A stretch of DNA of 64,000 bases from a bacterium (GTDB lineage: Bacteria > Bacillota > Clostridia > Oscillospirales > Acutalibacteraceae): positions 6,185 to 70,184 of the forward strand of contig JAHKVW010000017.1 in the NCBI GenBank assembly GCA_020624805.1, written 5' to 3'. Positions 8,605 to 20,210 of this stretch are shown here, piece after piece. Made by a program: the position numbers and the translations under genes. The notes below the pieces were generated by a model that had not been told where the DNA came from, ran no database searches, and saw nothing but the letters and a program-made list of their open reading frames with translations. How positions within the stretch are numbered: the first letter of the stretch is position 1; every line of letters starts with the position of its first letter.

Positions 8605-11600
8605 ATGAAAAAACGCATTTTATCCATCCTGTTGGCGCTGTGTCTGTGCCTGAGCATCATCCCCATGAGTTCGTTGAGCACGGCTGCAAAGACGGTCGAT
8701 GACGACCTTGTTGAAACCGGCTTCAGCCCGGACAACTTCAAGGCGCAGATCAAAAAGGTTTCTATCGGTGCGCCGATCACCGGCACTGATGGTAAGAAGT
8801 ATCTGCCCGTCGACGTCCATTTTTTTGCCGCAGAGAACCTCAGCGACAGCGATATGGTATATTTCTTAGAGGGCTATTTGAAGGCGCAGCTCAAGGGCGG
8901 CGGGCTCGCCGAGAGTATCAGAGGTCTCGGCATGACGCTGATGGGTCCCCTGAAGACCGACGTTCCGCTCGAAAGCAATATGTGGAACTGGGACTGGACA
9001 CCCTATGAGACCGGCGGCGGTCAGGGCGTGATCAAATATAACGTCCCGCTGCTCGAGGAAAGTGAGACTCAGAGTGTCGAGCAAAGTCAGGCGACCGGCA
9101 TGACCGAAGTCAACGGTGTCAAGGTCGGTGATGAAATCACCCTGCAAAACGAAACGGTCGTGAATACGAACAACATCCCGGAGCAGATCGTTCAGGAGCT
9201 GTTTCCTGACGGTCCGAGCGTATTCTCCGATCCGGTGACCTTTACCGTTGAGGAAGCAAGCAAATACCCCAAGGAGATCACGATCAGTACGGACGACAAG
9301 ACCGTCGCGCCTCCCCAAGAGGTCGTGCTGCCCTATACCGGTCATCCGCAGGAGTGTCCCTATAAGGCTACATCTGGCTATACGGTTTCATTAAACGATC
9401 CCCAGACCGACGCGGGTATCTATACCGCTGCTCTGATCCTTAATTCCGGCTGGAAATGGACGGACGGCACCACCGAGGCAAAGCCGGCGGTATGGGCGAT
9501 CAACAAGGCGACGATCACCTCGGTCACGCTGTCGGCAAACCAACTGACCTATAACGGCAATGATCAAACGCCCCGGATCACTTCCGTCAAGGCGGGCGAT
9601 CTCACCGTACCCGCGGGCGGTTACACCGCGACCTTCCCCGAGCCTTCAAAGTTCAGCGGCAACTACACCGTGACCGTTAAAGGTAAGGGCAACTTCACCG
9701 GCTCCGCGAGCGCGGATTATTCGATCGTTGCGATCTACGCGGACACCTGCAATCACATCGAATACCCCAGAGAATATGTGGACAACAAGGATAACGCGAC
9801 GCACAAGGCGTTTTGCACACATTGCGGCGGCTGTCTTGCCAACGCCGAGAAGCATGATCTCAAAAACGAGCCGGTCAACGATCCCGAGACCGGAAAGCCC
9901 GCCGGAAAGTATCGCACAGTCTGCACCAAGTGCGGTTACGCGGTCGACGGCGACTGTGACCACAGCGTGCCGCGTGAATATGTGGATAACGGCAACGGCA
10001 CCCATGACGAGCGCTGCAGCCGCTGTCATGTCGTTTTCAAAACAAATGAAGCGCACGACCTCAAGGCGACTGCTGTCCTGTCCAATGTCAGCGGCTATGA
10101 GATCTATAACGGCGAGGTCTCCGTCGACTGCACCAAGTGCAGCTATCACGAGGATCAGCTCTGTTCCCATGCGGGCACCGGCAGGGACGATTATGTCCCC
10201 GCCAAAGGCTCTTATCCCAACTTTACCCACAGAAGCCACTGCGCGAGATGCAAGAAGCTGATGTTTGAAGAAGAGGAAGCCTGTATCCCCGGCGAATGGG
10301 AGCCGAAAGGCTTAGCTGCTCACCACACGCATTGCACCAAATGCGGACAGGAGATGACGGGATATCACGATTTCAAGGGAACGCGTAAGATCACCAAGTT
10401 CGAAGCGACTCCCTATAAGGGCGGTCTGTTCAATCTGTTCACCCGCTACAACTACCGCTGTTATTACACCGAGACCTGTAAGGACTGCCAAGGTGTGCGG
10501 CAAGGTTACTTTGATTATCCTATTATTGACGTCGAGCGTTGGGCGGACTACCGAGCCGCGTTCGAATCGATCGTCAAAATGAACCCCGAGGAGCTGCAGA
10601 GCTTCAGCGAGCACGATTACCTGGAGGGCTATAAATACTACTTGATGATCCCTTCATGGTTTATCAGCTCCGTCTATGAAGCGACAGGAACGAATGAGAT
10701 GAATTTCGCCAATCTGCAGTCCGGCTGGCTGACCAAGCTGACGAATACCAATGAAGCCGGAAGCTGTAAGATGTTCGACAAGAACGGCAAGGAGATCGCA
10801 AGCTACAAGCCTAAGGATAAGAAATCTACCGCTCCAACCGGGAGCGACGGAATTGCCGCGACAGGCGACGATGAGGGTATCTCCGAGGACGAGATCGAGA
10901 CATGGCGCTTCACCGAGGACGACGGCGCTGTGGTCGCGCTCAGCACCGACTATCTGATGTCGCTCGATGACGGCGAATACAGCTATACCGCCTGCTTCTC
11001 CAATGAGAACGGGGATAAAGCGGCGATCACGATGGTGTTCAACATCGTAAGCGACGAGCACGGCAAGAAGGTGACGAATCTTCATCCGCTCGGCACAATG
11101 GTCAACGCCGACGGCGGTATCGTCAGCATGAATCTTTCCGATCAGTATGTTCCGTATACCGGCGAGCCGATCACCCCGCCCGCCGTTACCCTGACGAGCG
11201 AGATGGGCGTCGAATACGCTGAGGGCGAGGACTACACCCTGACCTACTATCAGGTCGTCGACGGAGTGGAAGGCGAGCCGGTCGAGGTCGAGATCGCAAA
11301 AGAGGAACTCAAGGATATCGGTACCTATAACGTTGTGGCGACTCCCACACGAAACGGTGTGCTCTCCGGCGAAGCATGGGCGCAGTTCTGCGTTGCAGAA
11401 AACCTACCCGCCATCTTAGGCGACGTTGACGGCGACGGAGAGGTTACGATCCTTGACGCGACAGTTATCCAACGTCATTTAGCGGATATCCCGATCCCGT
11501 TTGAATTCAATGAAGCTGTCGCGGATGTCGACGGCGAGGACGGCGTGACGATCGTTGACACGACGTATATCCAGCGTTGGCTCGCATTCATGAACGCGCC

Positions 11601-11631
11601 GAAGGGCATCGGACAGCCGTTGTCGATATAG
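8605..11631 (+). CDS. secreted 1008-aa protein with Ig-like segments, Cys/His-rich repeats and C-terminal dockerin
   Basis: Signal peptide MKKRILSILLALCLCLS; 7 CxxC motifs; duplicated dockerin loops GDVDGDGEVTILDAT and ADVDGEDGVTIVDTT. Confidence 0.88.
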   Translation: MKKRILSILLALCLCLSIIPMSSLSTAAKTVDDDLVETGFSPDNFKAQIKKVSIGAPITGTDGKKYLPVDVHFFAAENLSDSDMVYFLEGYLKAQLKGGGLAESIRGLGMTLMGPLKTDVPLESNMWNWDWTPYETGGGQGVIKYNVPLLEESETQSVEQSQATGMTEVNGVKVGDEITLQNETVVNTNNIPEQIVQELFPDGPSVFSDPVTFTVEEASKYPKEITISTDDKTVAPPQEVVLPYTGHPQECPYKATSGYTVSLNDPQTDAGIYTAALILNSGWKWTDGTTEAKPAVWAINKATITSVTLSANQLTYNGNDQTPRITSVKAGDLTVPAGGYTATFPEPSKFSGNYTVTVKGKGNFTGSASADYSIVAIYADTCNHIEYPREYVDNKDNATHKAFCTHCGGCLANAEKHDLKNEPVNDPETGKPAGKYRTVCTKCGYAVDGDCDHSVPREYVDNGNGTHDERCSRCHVVFKTNEAHDLKATAVLSNVSGYEIYNGEVSVDCTKCSYHEDQLCSHAGTGRDDYVPAKGSYPNFTHRSHCARCKKLMFEEEEACIPGEWEPKGLAAHHTHCTKCGQEMTGYHDFKGTRKITKFEATPYKGGLFNLFTRYNYRCYYTETCKDCQGVRQGYFDYPIIDVERWADYRAAFESIVKMNPEELQSFSEHDYLEGYKYYLMIPSWFISSVYEATGTNEMNFANLQSGWLTKLTNTNEAGSCKMFDKNGKEIASYKPKDKKSTAPTGSDGIAATGDDEGISEDEIETWRFTEDDGAVVALSTDYLMSLDDGEYSYTACFSNENGDKAAITMVFNIVSDEHGKKVTNLHPLGTMVNADGGIVSMNLSDQYVPYTGEPITPPAVTLTSEMGVEYAEGEDYTLTYYQVVDGVEGEPVEVEIAKEELKDIGTYNVVATPTRNGVLSGEAWAQFCVAENLPAILGDVDGDGEVTILDATVIQRHLADIPIPFEFNEAVADVDGEDGVTIVDTTYIQRWLAFMNAPKGIGQPLSI

Positions 11632-12057
11632 CCGGAGCTTTCTCTATGCAAAACCGCCCCCAATATTTATGGGTACTTTCCAAAAACTGCCGTCCCTTCA
11701 TTGTTCCATCACATAAGTGCATTGGCGGGATAAAATAGTTTCAAATAAACAAAAAGCCGCAAGTCCGAAATGTCGGGCTTGCGCCTTCAAGTTACTCACA
11801 TTGTTTTGGATTGTTTCGCATTTATACTCTTAAATCATCCGCTCAAGTCCACTCTTTTTCTCTGCTTTTGATATCCTTGCGGAACAAAAGCGTGAAGATC
11901 TTTCTGACAAGCGGCCGCATAAACAGGTGTTGCGATAAAACCCATCGCAGGGCACATGATCGCAACCGTTACGGTGATGATTGCGCTCTCAAAGATAACA
12001 GGACTTGTCATTTCTCGAAATGTCATTGAGCGATAAAAAAATCACGGAATGGATTAA

Positions 12058-12150
12058 CATATAAAAAGAAGCCTGACAACAAAAGCAACTCGGAAGGGAC
12101 TTTGCGACAAGGCACAAAATCGGACTCATACTTTTGCTGTCAGGCTGAAC
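12058..12150 (-). terminator. long-stem terminator downstream of pyrG
   Basis: AGCCTGACAGCAAAAG ... CTTTTGTTGTCAGGCT followed by TCTTTTT on the minus strand. Confidence 0.6.
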
Positions 12151-12192
12151 GGAAGACGGCCGGAGAGTTAACGACCGTCGTACCGACAAAAA

Positions 12193-12238
12193 GGTTGATT
12201 GCCACGGGATGACAAGTGTGTCATTCCCTCGCAACGAC
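12193..12238. repeat. REP-like palindromic unit, family 1 (GATTGCCACG...CCTCGCAAYGAC)
   Basis: Matches the units at 13854, 20008, 26431 and 36780. Confidence 0.7.
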
Positions 12239-13831
<1,593 letters not shown>

Positions 13832-13853
13832 ACGTACACCTTCTTCTATGAAT

Positions 13854-13943
13854 GTCATTGCGAAGCCGCAAAGCGGCTGTGGCAATCTCAACCGATTATC
13901 AAACAGGGAGATTCCCACGTCGGCAAAGCCTCCTCGGAATGAC
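13854..13943. repeat. two REP-like family 1 units in inverted arrangement
   Basis: GTCATTGCGAAG...GTGGCAATCTC and GAGATTCCCACGTCG...CTCGGAATGAC. Confidence 0.8.
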
Positions 13944-13950
13944 TGTTTAT

Positions 13951-15435
13951 TTATAGATTTGTATATCCCATCAGGCTTTCATCCACCTCGCGGGCACAAT
14001 CTCTGCCCTCGCGGATCGCCCATACCACCAGCGACTGTCCGCGGTGCATGTCGCCCGCCGTGAATACTCTGTCGACTGAGGTCTGATGACTGCCTGTTTC
14101 TGTCTGCACATTCGTCCTGCCGTCGACCGCTACGCCGAACGCTTCGGTGACATAGCTCTCACTGCCCAAGAAGCCTGCCGCAATCAGCAGGAGATCGGCG
14201 TCTACCGTGTATTCACTGTCCTCGATCGTTACCATCCGCAGTCTGCCGGTCGCTTCATCCTTCTCGGCGTTCAGCTTCACGAGCACCGCCTGTTTGAGCT
14301 TTCCGTTTTCATCGCTGATCAGTTTTTTCACGGTCGTCTGATACACTCTCGGATCACTTCCGTAGACCGCCGCCGCTTCCTCCTGACCGTAATCGGTTTT
14401 GCAGACACGCGGCCATTCCGGCCACGGATTGTTCTCGGTACGGGTATCGGGGAGCTTGGGCATCATCTCGAGCTGGATGACGCTTTTCGCGCCGTGACGA
14501 ACACAGGTGCCGACGCAGTCGTTGCCTGTATCACCGCCTCCGACGATCAGGACGTTCTTGTCTTTTGCGGAGATATACGTATCTTCCTGCAAGCCGTTGT
14601 CGAGCAGCGCCTTGGTAGTGGATCGCAAAAAGTCGACCGCAAAGTACACGCCGTCCGCTTCTCGTCCTTCGACCGCGATATCGCGCGGATGTGAAGCGCC
14701 GCACGCGAGGATCACACGGTCATACTCGGCGAGCAGTTCTTCGGCAGATACATCGACGCCGACGTTGACATTTGTTTTGAATGCAACTCCCTCGGCTTTC
14801 ATCACGTTGATCTTGCGCTCTATGATGTGCTTTTCGAGCTTCATATTCGGGATGCCGTACATCAGCAGTCCGCCGACACGGTCGCTTCGCTCATACACCG
14901 TGACAGAATGACCGCGGCGGTTGAGCTGATCGGCGGCGGCAAGTCCCGAAGGACCCGAGCCGATGACGGCGATCTTTTTCCCTGTCCGCTGTTTCGGCGG
15001 TTGCGGAGCAGCCCAGCCTTCTTGATATGCCGTTTCGATGATATCATATTCATTGGCGCGGACCGTGACAGGATCGCCGTTTGCGCCGCAGGTACACGCC
15101 TTTTCACATAAGGCAGGACACACGCGTGAGGTGAACTCGGGAAAGCTGTTGGTCATTTTCAGCCGATGGTACGCCTGTTTCCATGCGCCGAGACTGACAA
15201 GATTGTTCCACTCGGGGATCAAGTTGTTCAGCGGACAGCCCGACACCATCCCGCTGATCGGCACGCCTGCCTGACAGAACGGCACGCCGCAGTGCATACA
15301 ACGCTCGCCCTGGCGTTTGCGATCCGCTTCACTGATCGGGGTGTGGAACTCGTTATAGTTTTTGATACGTTCTTCCACAGTCGACGCGGGATTATCCTGT
15401 CGTGTATATTCCATAAATCCGTTGGGATTTCCCAT
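13951..15435 (-). CDS. gltD: glutamate synthase small subunit (acidic residue in QLE suggests NADH; inference)
   Basis: [10 protein letters not shown]...[28 protein letters not shown]. Confidence 0.95.
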   Translation of the reverse strand: MGNPNGFMEYTRQDNPASTVEERIKNYNEFHTPISEADRKRQGERCMHCGVPFCQAGVPISGMVSGCPLNNLIPEWNNLVSLGAWKQAYHRLKMTNSFPEFTSRVCPALCEKACTCGANGDPVTVRANEYDIIETAYQEGWAAPQPPKQRTGKKIAVIGSGPSGLAAADQLNRRGHSVTVYERSDRVGGLLMYGIPNMKLEKHIIERKINVMKAEGVAFKTNVNVGVDVSAEELLAEYDRVILACGASHPRDIAVEGREADGVYFAVDFLRSTTKALLDNGLQEDTYISAKDKNVLIVGGGDTGNDCVGTCVRHGAKSVIQLEMMPKLPDTRTENNPWPEWPRVCKTDYGQEEAAAVYGSDPRVYQTTVKKLISDENGKLKQAVLVKLNAEKDEATGRLRMVTIEDSEYTVDADLLLIAAGFLGSESYVTEAFGVAVDGRTNVQTETGSHQTSVDRVFTAGDMHRGQSLVVWAIREGRDCAREVDESLMGYTNL

Positions 15436-15448
15436 ACTGCACTCCTCC

Positions 15449-18400
15449 TTATCTCGAGTGGATCAGCTGATAGAAGGCTTCGATCTTGGCGCTGTCCTCG
15501 TCAAGACCGCTTCTCTTGCCTTCCTCGATCGCTTCGGTGATGATCCTGTAATCGTGGGGGATGATCCTTTTGAACTTCGGCAGATACGCGTCAAAGTCAC
15601 TGAGGATCCGTTTGCCCTTTTCGGAGCCTGTCGCCTCCACGTGCTCCGTGATCAGCGCTCTGAGCTCGTCGATATCCTTCTGCTCACTCAGCTCGGAGCA
15701 CTCGACCAGTTCCTTGTTCAGCCGCTTGTACAGGTGATGATGCTCGTCCAGTACATAGGCGACGCCGCCCGACATACCGGCGGCAAAATTCTTGCCCGTA
15801 CTGCCGAGGATGACGACCTTGCCGCCTGTCATATATTCGCATCCATGCTCGCCGACGCCCTCGACGACGGCTGTCGCGCCAGAATTGCGCACACAAAAGC
15901 GCTCGCCCGCGATACCGTTGATAAAAGCCTTGCCGCTTGTCGCGCCATAGAGAGCGACGTTGCCTATAATGATGTTCTCCTCCGCTTTGAAGCGGCTGTT
16001 TTCATCGGGATAAACGATCAGCTTACCGCCCGATAAGCCTTTTCCGAAATAGTCGTTGCTGTCGCCTCTGAGCGCCATCGTCAAGCCCTTGGGGATAAAC
16101 GCGCCGAAGCTCTGACCGCCCGAGCCGTTACAGATGATCCGATAGGTATCGTCATTGAGATCCTCGCCGTACTTTTTGGTGATCTCGGAGCCGAACGCCG
16201 TACCGAGGGAGCGATCGGTATTGCGGACGTCGATCTCGATCTTTGCCGGCTTACCCTCGCGGAATGCCTTTTTGAACCCTTTGATGATGACCTTTTCATC
16301 CAATGTATCGGAGAGCTTGAAGTCATATGGGTCTTTCTCATCATATCTGATCGATGATTCATCAAGATGATGGTCGAGAATCGCGGACACATCGATCTGC
16401 TGTTCGCGTTCAGAGAGATCGGCTCGCTTCTTCAAAAGATCCTTTCGACCGATCAGCTCGTCGATGGTACGCACGCCCAGCCGCGCCATATACTCGCGCA
16501 GTTCTTCGGCGATGAAGCGCATGAAATTGACGACATATTCCGGCTTACCCATGAAGCGTTTTCTCAGTTCGGGATTCTGCGTCGCCACACCGAAGGGGCA
16601 GGTGTCGAGGTTGCAGACGCGCATCATCGCGCAGCCTAAGGTAACCAGCGGCGCGGTCGCAAAGCCGAATTCCTCCGCGCCGAGGATCGCCGCGATCGCG
16701 ACGTCACGGCCTGTCATCAGCTTGCCGTCCGTTTCGATGACGACCTTGTTCCTCAGCCCGTTGAGCAGGAGCGTTTGGTGCGCTTCGGCAAGACCGAGCT
16801 CCCACGGCAGTCCCGCGTTATAGATCGAGCTGCGCGGCGCGGCGCCTGTACCGCCGTCATAGCCTGAGATCAGGATGACCTGCGCTCCTGCCTTCGCTAC
16901 GCCCGCGGCTACGGTTCCTACGCCCGCTTCGGATACGAGCTTGACGGAGATACGCGCCTTTTTATTCGCGCTTTTCAGATCGTAGATCAGCTGAGCCAGA
17001 TCCTCGATCGAATAGATATCGTGATGCGGCGGCGGTGAGATCAGCGACACGCCCGGGGTGGAATGGCGGGTTTTCGCGATCCACGGATAGACCTTCATCC
17101 CCGGCAGATGGCCGCCCTCGCCGGGCTTTGCGCCCTGTGCCATTTTGATCTGGAGCTCGTCGGCGGAGTTGAGATAGGTCGAGGTCACGCCGAAGCGGCC
17201 GGACGCCACCTGTTTGATCGCCGAGCAACGGTTGTGCTTGGTGCCCTTTGTCGCTAACCGCTCGGGGCTTTCACCGCCCTCGCCGGAGTTGCTTTTGCCG
17301 CCCAGCATATTCATCGCGAGCGCCAGCGCTTCATGCGCCTCCTGAGAGATCGAGCCGTAGGACATGGCGCCCGTTTTGAAGCGCTTCACGATACTGTCGA
17401 CGCTTTCGACCTCGTCGAGCGGGATCGGCGAATCGACGTAATTGAAATCAAATAATCCGCGGATACTGACCGGCTGCATTTCTTCATCAAGCATACGGGA
17501 GTATTCCTTGAACAGTCTGTAATCGCTGTTCCTTGTCGCCGCCTGTAACGCGTGGATCGTCTGCGGATTGTAGAGGTGCTGTTCCTTACCGCTGCGGCTC
17601 TTATGACTGCCGCGCGATTCAAGTTCCTCGCTCACCGCCAGTCCGAGCGGATCGAATGCCGCCGAATGCAGACGGTCGACATTCCGCTCGATATCCTCGA
17701 GCGTGATACCGCCGATACGGCTGACCGTACCGGTAAAGTATTCATCGATCAGCTTGTCGCTCAGTCCCAGCGCCTCAAAGTTCTTGGAGCCCTGATAGGA
17801 TTGCAGGGTCGAGATACCCATTTTGGACGCGATCTTGACGATACCGTGCAGCACGGCGTTGTTGTAATCCTCGATCGCCGCGTAGTAATCCTTGTCCAGC
17901 AAATCGTCGTGGATCAGTTCATGGATCGTTTCGAGCGCCAGATACGGATTGACCGCGCTCGCGCCGTAGGCGAGCAGGGTCGCGAAGTGATGCACCTCTC
18001 TCGGTTCACCGCTTTCGAGCACGATGGAGAGGGCGGTTCTGCGCTTTGTGGCAACCAAATGCTGGTGCAGCGCCGATACCGCGAGCAGTGACGGGATCGC
18101 CAGATGATTTTCATCCACGCCCCTGTCGGAAAGGATCAGGATATTCGCGCCCGCGGCGCTTGCCTTATCCGCCTCGACATACAGCCGCCTGATCGCCTTG
18201 CTCAGCTTGGTGTTCTTATAATACAGGATAGGGATCTCCGCGACCTTGAAGCCCGGCAGGTTCATCCTTTTTAGCTTGAGCAGTCCGGTGGAGGTCAGGA
18301 TCGGGTTGACGACCTTGATGACCTTGCAGTTATCCGGCTTTTCCTCCAGCAGATTGCCGTCCTTACCGATATAGATCGTGGTAGAGGTGACGATCTTTTC

Positions 18401-19978
18401 ACGCAGCGCGTCGATCGGCGGATTGGTCACCTGCGCGAAATTCTGCTTGAAATAATCGAACAGCGGCTGCGGTTGGTCGGACAAGACCGCGAGCGGCTTA
18501 TCAGATCCCATCGCGGCGATCGGCTCCGCGCCGTTCTGCGCCATCGGCAGGATGGACGTCATCACATCCTCATAGGTGTAGCCGAACGCCTTTTGCAGGC
18601 GGCGGCGTTCCTCTCTGTGATGCTCCTCCACCTTTGCGTTAGGCACCTTCAGGTATTTCAGACGCGTCAGGTTGCTGTCGAGCCATTCACCGTAGGGCGC
18701 TTTTGAGGCGTAATGCCGCTTGACTTCTTCATCGCTTAATAATATTCCCTGTACGGTGTCCACGAGCAGCATCTTGCCCGGATGGAGGCGCTCCTTCTTC
18801 ACGATTCTTTCAGAGGGGATCGGAAGGGCTCCGACCTCAGAGCTCAGGATCAGATGATCGTCGTCGGTGATATAGTATCTGGACGGCCTCAGACCGTTTC
18901 TGTCGAGCACCGCGCCCATCATATCGCCGTCGGAGAACAGGATCGACGCGGGGCCGTCCCACGGCTCCATCATCGTGGCGTAGTACTGATAAAAATCGCG
19001 TTCCTTCTGCGAGATCGCGTCGTTGTGATCCCACGGTTCGGGAATGGTGATCATCACGGCGAGCGGCAGATCCATTCCGCTCATCACCAAAAATTCCAAG
19101 GTATTATCCAGCCGCGCGGAATCCGAGCCGTCGGGGTTCACGACCGGCAGCACCTTATCCATATCACCCATCAGGTATTGCGACGCCATGTTTTCTTCAC
19201 GCGCGAGCATCTTATCGCTGTTGCCGCGGATGGTGTTGATCTCGCCGTTATGCACGATCATGCGGTTGGGATGCGCCTTCTGCCAGCTCGGAAATGTGTT
19301 GGTCGAGAAGCGCGAGTGTACCAGCGCGATCGCGCTCTCATAATCTTCATCCTCTAAATCGAGGTAAAACCGCCTGAGATCGCCGACGAGGAACATGCCT
19401 TTGTACACGATCGTTCTCGATGACAGTGACACGACATAAGTATCCTCGTTGCTCTGTTCAAAGGATCGCCGTACCACATACAGCTTGCGGTCAAAATCGA
19501 TCCCGCGCTTGATATCCTGCGGGCGGTTAATGAAGCACTGCTCGATATCAGGCATACACGCGAGCGCTTTGCTGCCGATCGCGTTCGGATCACAGGGAAC
19601 TTCACGCCAGCCCAAAACGGATAAGCCTTCTTTTTCGGCGATGATCTCAAACATCTTCTTTGCCTGATTGCGTCTGAGCTCATTTTGCGGGAAGAAGAAC
19701 ATTCCGACCGCGTAATCACGCTTTGCGCCGATCGGGATATTCTGTTCCTTTGCGGCTTTTTGAAAAAAGCGATCCGAGATCTGGAGCAGGATGCCGACGC
19801 CGTCGCCTGTCTTGCCCTCTGCGTCCTTACCGGCACGGTGCTCTAAGGTCTCGACGATCGTCAGGGCGTTGTCGACCGTTGTATGGGATGGGTTGCCCTT
19901 GATATTGACGACTGCGCCGATACCGCAGTTATCGTGTTCAAATTCACTTCGATAGAGCGAGTTTTCGTTTGTTTTCAT
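15449..19978 (-). CDS. gltB: glutamate synthase large subunit
   Basis: 1509 aa; EHDNCGIG N-terminal Cys, HSRFSTNT, IKMAQGAKPGEGG, CAMMRVCNLDTC. Confidence 0.97.
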   Translation of the reverse strand: MKTNENSLYRSEFEHDNCGIGAVVNIKGNPSHTTVDNALTIVETLEHRAGKDAEGKTGDGVGILLQISDRFFQKAAKEQNIPIGAKRDYAVGMFFFPQNELRRNQAKKMFEIIAEKEGLSVLGWREVPCDPNAIGSKALACMPDIEQCFINRPQDIKRGIDFDRKLYVVRRSFEQSNEDTYVVSLSSRTIVYKGMFLVGDLRRFYLDLEDEDYESAIALVHSRFSTNTFPSWQKAHPNRMIVHNGEINTIRGNSDKMLAREENMASQYLMGDMDKVLPVVNPDGSDSARLDNTLEFLVMSGMDLPLAVMITIPEPWDHNDAISQKERDFYQYYATMMEPWDGPASILFSDGDMMGAVLDRNGLRPSRYYITDDDHLILSSEVGALPIPSERIVKKERLHPGKMLLVDTVQGILLSDEEVKRHYASKAPYGEWLDSNLTRLKYLKVPNAKVEEHHREERRRLQKAFGYTYEDVMTSILPMAQNGAEPIAAMGSDKPLAVLSDQPQPLFDYFKQNFAQVTNPPIDALREKIVTSTTIYIGKDGNLLEEKPDNCKVIKVVNPILTSTGLLKLKRMNLPGFKVAEIPILYYKNTKLSKAIRRLYVEADKASAAGANILILSDRGVDENHLAIPSLLAVSALHQHLVATKRRTALSIVLESGEPREVHHFATLLAYGASAVNPYLALETIHELIHDDLLDKDYYAAIEDYNNAVLHGIVKIASKMGISTLQSYQGSKNFEALGLSDKLIDEYFTGTVSRIGGITLEDIERNVDRLHSAAFDPLGLAVSEELESRGSHKSRSGKEQHLYNPQTIHALQAATRNSDYRLFKEYSRMLDEEMQPVSIRGLFDFNYVDSPIPLDEVESVDSIVKRFKTGAMSYGSISQEAHEALALAMNMLGGKSNSGEGGESPERLATKGTKHNRCSAIKQVASGRFGVTSTYLNSADELQIKMAQGAKPGEGGHLPGMKVYPWIAKTRHSTPGVSLISPPPHHDIYSIEDLAQLIYDLKSANKKARISVKLVSEAGVGTVAAGVAKAGAQVILISGYDGGTGAAPRSSIYNAGLPWELGLAEAHQTLLLNGLRNKVVIETDGKLMTGRDVAIAAILGAEEFGFATAPLVTLGCAMMRVCNLDTCPFGVATQNPELRKRFMGKPEYVVNFMRFIAEELREYMARLGVRTIDELIGRKDLLKKRADLSEREQQIDVSAILDHHLDESSIRYDEKDPYDFKLSDTLDEKVIIKGFKKAFREGKPAKIEIDVRNTDRSLGTAFGSEITKKYGEDLNDDTYRIICNGSGGQSFGAFIPKGLTMALRGDSNDYFGKGLSGGKLIVYPDENSRFKAEENIIIGNVALYGATSGKAFINGIAGERFCVRNSGATAVVEGVGEHGCEYMTGGKVVILGSTGKNFAAGMSGGVAYVLDEHHHLYKRLNKELVECSELSEQKDIDELRALITEHVEATGSEKGKRILSDFDAYLPKFKRIIPHDYRIITEAIEEGKRSGLDEDSAKIEAFYQLIHSR

Positions 19979-20007
19979 ACTATCCTTCCCTTCCGAAATA
20001 ATAATAT

Positions 20008-20154
20008 GTCATTGCGAGGAGTCGGTAAATTTGACTCCGCGGCAATCTCAACCGAATATAAATAGTTAATGCGAAAAAAGACGCACGCGTCCAATCTCAA
20101 CCGAATCAAAGGTTGAGATTCCCACGTCGGAGCGTTGCTCCTCCTCGGAATGAC
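20008..20154. repeat. two or three REP-like family 1 units upstream of gltB
   Basis: GTCATTGCGAGG...GCGGCAATCTCAACC and GGTTGAGATTCCCACGTCGG...CTCGGAATGAC; a third partial ...CCAATCTCAACC. Confidence 0.8.
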
Positions 20155-20160
20155 GAAAAC

Positions 20161-20203
20161 TAAAAAGACAGGCTGCCTCACCTGATCGGTGAGACAGCCT
20201 CGG
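20161..20203 (-). terminator. intrinsic terminator after the Stn-like operon
   Basis: AGGCTGTCTCACC/GGTGAGGCAGCCT stem then GTCTTTTT on the minus strand. Confidence 0.7.
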
Positions 20204-20210
20204 TCGTTTG

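Noticed and set aside
11835-12026. 63-aa ORF with a hydrophobic stretch
   Set aside because: No RBS or promoter seen, no recognisable motif; possibly a gene fragment.
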